Source of the DNA: Escherichia coli
Lineage (GTDB): Bacteria; Pseudomonadota; Gammaproteobacteria; Enterobacterales; Enterobacteriaceae
Direction: 5' to 3' (one strand)
NCBI RefSeq assembly: GCF_003334255.1
Contig: NZ_QOWU01000141.1
DNA length: 2,037 nucleotides
Both the position numbers and the translations under genes were made by a program. Shown in pieces: positions 1 through 2,037 of this stretch. Positions within the stretch are counted from its first letter, which is position 1; every line of letters starts with the position of its first letter. The notes beneath the pieces are model-generated. The model was not told the origin of the DNA. It saw only the letters and a list, made by a program, of their open reading frames with translations, and ran no database searches.

Positions 1-846
1 AACCAGATGGACCCGGTGTACACGCCGGCGCGAAAAATCCACCTGTACCACTGCGACCATCGCGGCCTGCCGCTGGCGCTCATCAGCACGGAAGGGGCAA
101 CAGCGTGGTGCGCAGAATATGATGAATGGGGCAACCTGCTGAATGAAGAGAACCCGCATCAGCTGCAGCAGCTTATCCGGCTGCCGGGGCAGCAGTATGA
201 TGAGGAGTCCGGCCTGTATTACAACCGCCACCGCTATTATGACCCGCTGCAGGGGCGATATATCACTCAGGATCCGATTGGACTGAAGGGGGGATGGAAC
301 CTGTATGGATATCAATTGAATCCGATATCAGACATCGACCCCCTGGGTTTATCTATGTGGGAGGATGCAAAATCGGGGGCATGTACTAATGGTCTTTGCG
401 GCACACTATCCGCTATGATAGGTCCAGATAAATTTGATTCTATAGATAGCACCGCATATGACGCCTTAAATAAAATAAATAGCCAATCTATTTGCGAAGA
501 TAAAGAGTTCGCTGGTTTAATATGTAAGGATAATAGTGGCAGATATTTCTCAACAGCACCTAACCGAGGAGAAAGAAAAGGATCATATCCATTCAATAGC
601 CCTTGCCCTAATGGTACTGAGAAAGTATCAGCTTATCATACTCATGGTGCAGATAGTCATGGAGAATATTGGGACGAAATATTTTCAGGTAAAGATGAGA
701 AAATAGTTAAAAGTAAAGATAACAATATCAAGTCATTTTATTTAGGTACGCCCAGTGGTAATTTTAAAGCAATAGATAACCACGGGAAGGAAATAACAAA
801 CAGAAAAGGATTACCTAATGTCTGCAGAGTTCATGGTAATATGTAA
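1..846 (+). CDS. rhsA: Rhs-family polymorphic toxin, C-terminal portion (5' end lies upstream of the window): end of conserved core plus variable C-terminal toxin tip
   Basis: The frame is open from base 1 (aac cag atg...), so the M at 7 is internal. The translation ...[35 protein letters not shown]...DIDPLGL is the hallmark end of the E. coli Rhs core. GC is about 58% in bases 1-60 and about 32% in bases 421-480, the typical core/tip contrast. Stop TAA at 844-846. The rhsA symbol is inferred only from the yibA-like gene downstream; the core is nearly identical among rhs paralogues, so it could be another rhs copy. Confidence 0.9.
   Translation, partial: NQMDPVYTPARKIHLYHCDHRGLPLALISTEGATAWCAEYDEWGNLLNEENPHQLQQLIRLPGQQYDEESGLYYNRHRYYDPLQGRYITQDPIGLKGGWNLYGYQLNPISDIDPLGLSMWEDAKSGACTNGLCGTLSAMIGPDKFDSIDSTAYDALNKINSQSICEDKEFAGLICKDNSGRYFSTAPNRGERKGSYPFNSPCPNGTEKVSAYHTHGADSHGEYWDEIFSGKDEKIVKSKDNNIKSFYLGTPSGNFKAIDNHGKEITNRKGLPNVCRVHGNM
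352..846 (+). other. Variable Rhs C-terminal toxin domain (Rhs-CT), about 165 aa, function unknown
   Basis: Everything after DPLGL (codons at 337-351) is AT-rich and not recognisably core. It contains 7 cysteines ([37 protein letters not shown]) and a His-rich patch, [16 protein letters not shown] cannot assign a toxin family from sequence alone. Confidence 0.75.
806..810 (+). promoter_or_regulatory. Shine-Dalgarno-like AAGGA for the immunity ORF, located inside the toxin coding sequence
   Basis: AAGGA with a 7-nt spacer to ATG 818. Confidence 0.5.
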
Positions 847-1201
847 AAAAATATTGTTTAGGAACTGTGTCATTGTATCTTTGTTTGTTTTTACATACAA
901 CACATGGGCGCAGTGTAATAATAATATTAAAATAATGCGCAAGTATGAAAGTGAAGGTAAATATACCGTTAGAAATTTGGTTAAAAATAAAGCTATAGCA
1001 TTGGAATTAGCTGAGATATATGTTAAGAATCGTTATGGACAGGATGCCGCAGAAGAAGAAAAACCATACGAAATCACTGAGTTAACAACAAGTTGGGTTG
1101 TTGAAGGTACCATTCACTCAGACCAAATTGCTGGTGGGGTTTTTATTATAGAAATAGGCAAAAATGATGGGAGAATTCTGAATTTTGGCCACGGAAAATA
1201 A
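818..1201 (+). CDS. Putative cognate Rhs immunity protein (RhsI), possibly NTF2-fold-like, with a possible N-terminal signal peptide
   Basis: 127-codon ORF in AT-rich DNA, where chance ORFs are short. AAGGA at 806-810 sits 7 nt before ATG 818. It overlaps the toxin stop by 29 nt, the usual toxin-immunity arrangement. The N-terminus [23 protein letters not shown] is hydrophobic. The C-terminal part ([17 protein letters not shown]...PYEI...SWVVEGT...[22 protein letters not shown]) resembles the motif pattern I recall for NTF2-fold immunity proteins. Alternative starts are ATG 833 and ATG 935. Confidence 0.7.
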   Translation: MSAEFMVICKKILFRNCVIVSLFVFTYNTWAQCNNNIKIMRKYESEGKYTVRNLVKNKAIALELAEIYVKNRYGQDAAEEEKPYEITELTTSWVVEGTIHSDQIAGGVFIIEIGKNDGRILNFGHGK

Positions 1202-1292
1202 GTATGTAAGGATAATCAAACATCGTGTGCGCTGATGGCAGAGTAGGTGGAGGACTCCAGACAGTCAAACGATAGAAAAAGATAGCCTTTAT

Positions 1293-1297
1293 GGAGG
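1293..1297 (+). promoter_or_regulatory. Shine-Dalgarno GGAGG for the yibA-like gene
   Basis: GGAGG with an 8-nt spacer to ATG 1306. This favours 1306 over the upstream in-frame ATG at 1291. Confidence 0.6.
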
Positions 1298-1305
1298 TTC
1301 CTGCA

Positions 1306-1689
1306 ATGTCAAATACATACCAGAAAAGAAAGGCAAGTAAAGAGTATGGTTTATATAATAAATGTAAGAAACTAAATGATGATGAATTATTTCGCTTACT
1401 TGATGATCGCAATTCCTTGAAAAGGATTTCATCTGCCAGAGTATTACAGTTAAGAGGGGGGCAAGACGCTGTTAGATTGGCAATTGAATTCTGCACTGAC
1501 AAAAATTATATCCGTAGAGATATCGGAGCATTTATACTCGGGCAAATATAAATTTGCAAAAAATGCGAAGATAATGTTTTTAATATTTTTAACAATATGG
1601 CATTGAATGATAAGAGTGCTTGCGTTCGAGCTACGGCAATCGAGTCAACGGCCAGGGAAAGATCATCAAAAGTTCACTTTTTGCACTAA
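1306..1689 (+). pseudogene. yibA: yibA-like HEAT-repeat protein (putative Rhs-associated immunity or lethality-reduction protein), disrupted by an in-frame stop and a 3' truncation
   Basis: Translation from ATG 1306 (MSNTYQKRKASKEYGLYNKCKKLNDDELFRLLDDRNSLKRISSARVLQLRGGQDAVRLAIEFCTDKNYIRRDIGAFILGQI) matches my recollection of the E. coli YibA N-terminus. TAA at 1549-1551 interrupts the frame. The same frame then continues as ICKKCEDNVFNIFNNMALNDKSACVRATAIESTA, still YibA-like, before changing to RERSSKVHFLH and stopping at 1687-1689. Full-length YibA is about 280 aa as I recall; only about 128 codons are present. Confidence 0.75.
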
Positions 1690-1784
1690 ATAATTCGCAT
1701 TTTATGTTTAAAAATTGAGATATTCCTTATTACCTGAAGCTGTTTTTTATTGCTTATACATGATCAAATACTCCTTACCTAATT

Positions 1785-1790
1785 AAGGAG
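1785..1790 (+). promoter_or_regulatory. Shine-Dalgarno AAGGAG for the ISAs1-family transposase
   Basis: AAGGAG with a 6-nt spacer to ATG 1797. Confidence 0.65.
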
Positions 1791-1796
1791 AACAAA

Positions 1797-2037
1797 ATGG
1801 AACTTAAAAAATTGATGGAACATATTTCTATTATCCCCGATTACAGACAAACCTGGAAAGTGGAACATAAATTATCGGATATTCTACTGTTGACTATTTG
1901 TGCCGTTATTTCTGGTGCAGAAGGTTGGGAAGATATAGAGGATTTTGGGGAAACACATCTCGATTTTTTGAAGCAATATGGTGATTTTGAAAATGGTATT
2001 CCTGTTCACGATACCATTGCCAGAGTTGTATCCTGTA
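1797..2037 (+). CDS. ISAs1-family transposase (H-repeat-associated protein), N-terminal 80 codons, 3' end beyond the window
   Basis: Translation [80 protein letters not shown] closely matches the N-terminus of E. coli H-rpt proteins (YhhI/YdcC/YbfD family) as I recall them. No stop occurs before the window ends. Confidence 0.9.
   Translation, partial: MELKKLMEHISIIPDYRQTWKVEHKLSDILLLTICAVISGAEGWEDIEDFGETHLDFLKQYGDFENGIPVHDTIARVVSC

Larger units (their letters stand above)
1655..2037 (+). mobile_element. ISAs1-family insertion sequence (Rhs H-repeat element), left portion; left boundary approximate
   Basis: yibA-like similarity stops near 1654. A leader of about 140 bp follows, then a transposase ORF with a strong RBS. 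The exact terminus and inverted repeat cannot be fixed without the other end of the element. Confidence 0.6.

Noticed and set aside
7-9. ATG at position 7 as the start codon of the first ORF
   Set aside because: The frame is open from base 1 and the encoded sequence is the interior of the conserved Rhs core, so the gene starts far upstream of the window.
312-596. 94-codon ORF on the minus strand
   Set aside because: It lies wholly antisense to the Rhs core/CT coding sequence, which has strong family support. It has no recognisable start context and its product looks low-complexity, so it is most likely a chance ORF.
1202-1260. Possible rho-independent terminator after the immunity ORF
   Set aside because: Only a short GGAG/CTCC pairing with a 2-nt loop is present and there is no downstream T-tract, so it does not form a credible terminator.
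1291-1305. ATG at 1291 (MEVPA...) as the start of the yibA-like gene
   Set aside because: GGAGG at 1293-1297 is placed for ATG 1306, and the recalled YibA N-terminus begins MSNTYQK. The 1291 ATG would put the SD inside the coding sequence.
1146-1502. 118-codon ORF on the minus strand
   Set aside because: It is antisense to the 3' end of the immunity ORF and the 5' half of the yibA-like gene, and the translated sequence has no recognisable features. The plus-strand genes have ribosome-binding sites and homology.
1690-1796. Sigma70 promoter for the transposase in the ISAs1 leader
   Set aside because: Candidate -35-like hexamers (TTGAGA, TTGCTT) lack a -10 element resembling TATAAT at 16-18 bp spacing. 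The region is AT-rich enough that such weak matches are expected by chance.
1-2037. CRISPR arrays, tandem repeats, tRNA or other structured RNA genes
   Set aside because: No regularly spaced direct repeats or tRNA-like sequence were seen on either strand. The window is almost fully accounted for by the protein-coding features.

Overview
The window covers the 3' end of an Enterobacterial Rhs polymorphic-toxin locus, all on the + strand. Bases 1-351 encode the end of the GC-rich conserved Rhs core, finishing at the DPLGL motif; bases 352-846 encode an AT-rich, cysteine-rich C-terminal toxin tip of unknown activity. A 127-codon ORF (818-1201) overlaps the toxin stop by 29 nt and is the likely cognate immunity gene. 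Downstream is a yibA-like HEAT-repeat gene (1306-1689) that appears inactivated by an in-frame TAA at 1549-1551 and by loss of its 3' half. An ISAs1-family (H-repeat) element follows, with its transposase ORF starting at 1797 and running off the window. No tRNA, rRNA, CRISPR or tandem repeats were seen. All homology statements are from memory of protein families and need database confirmation.
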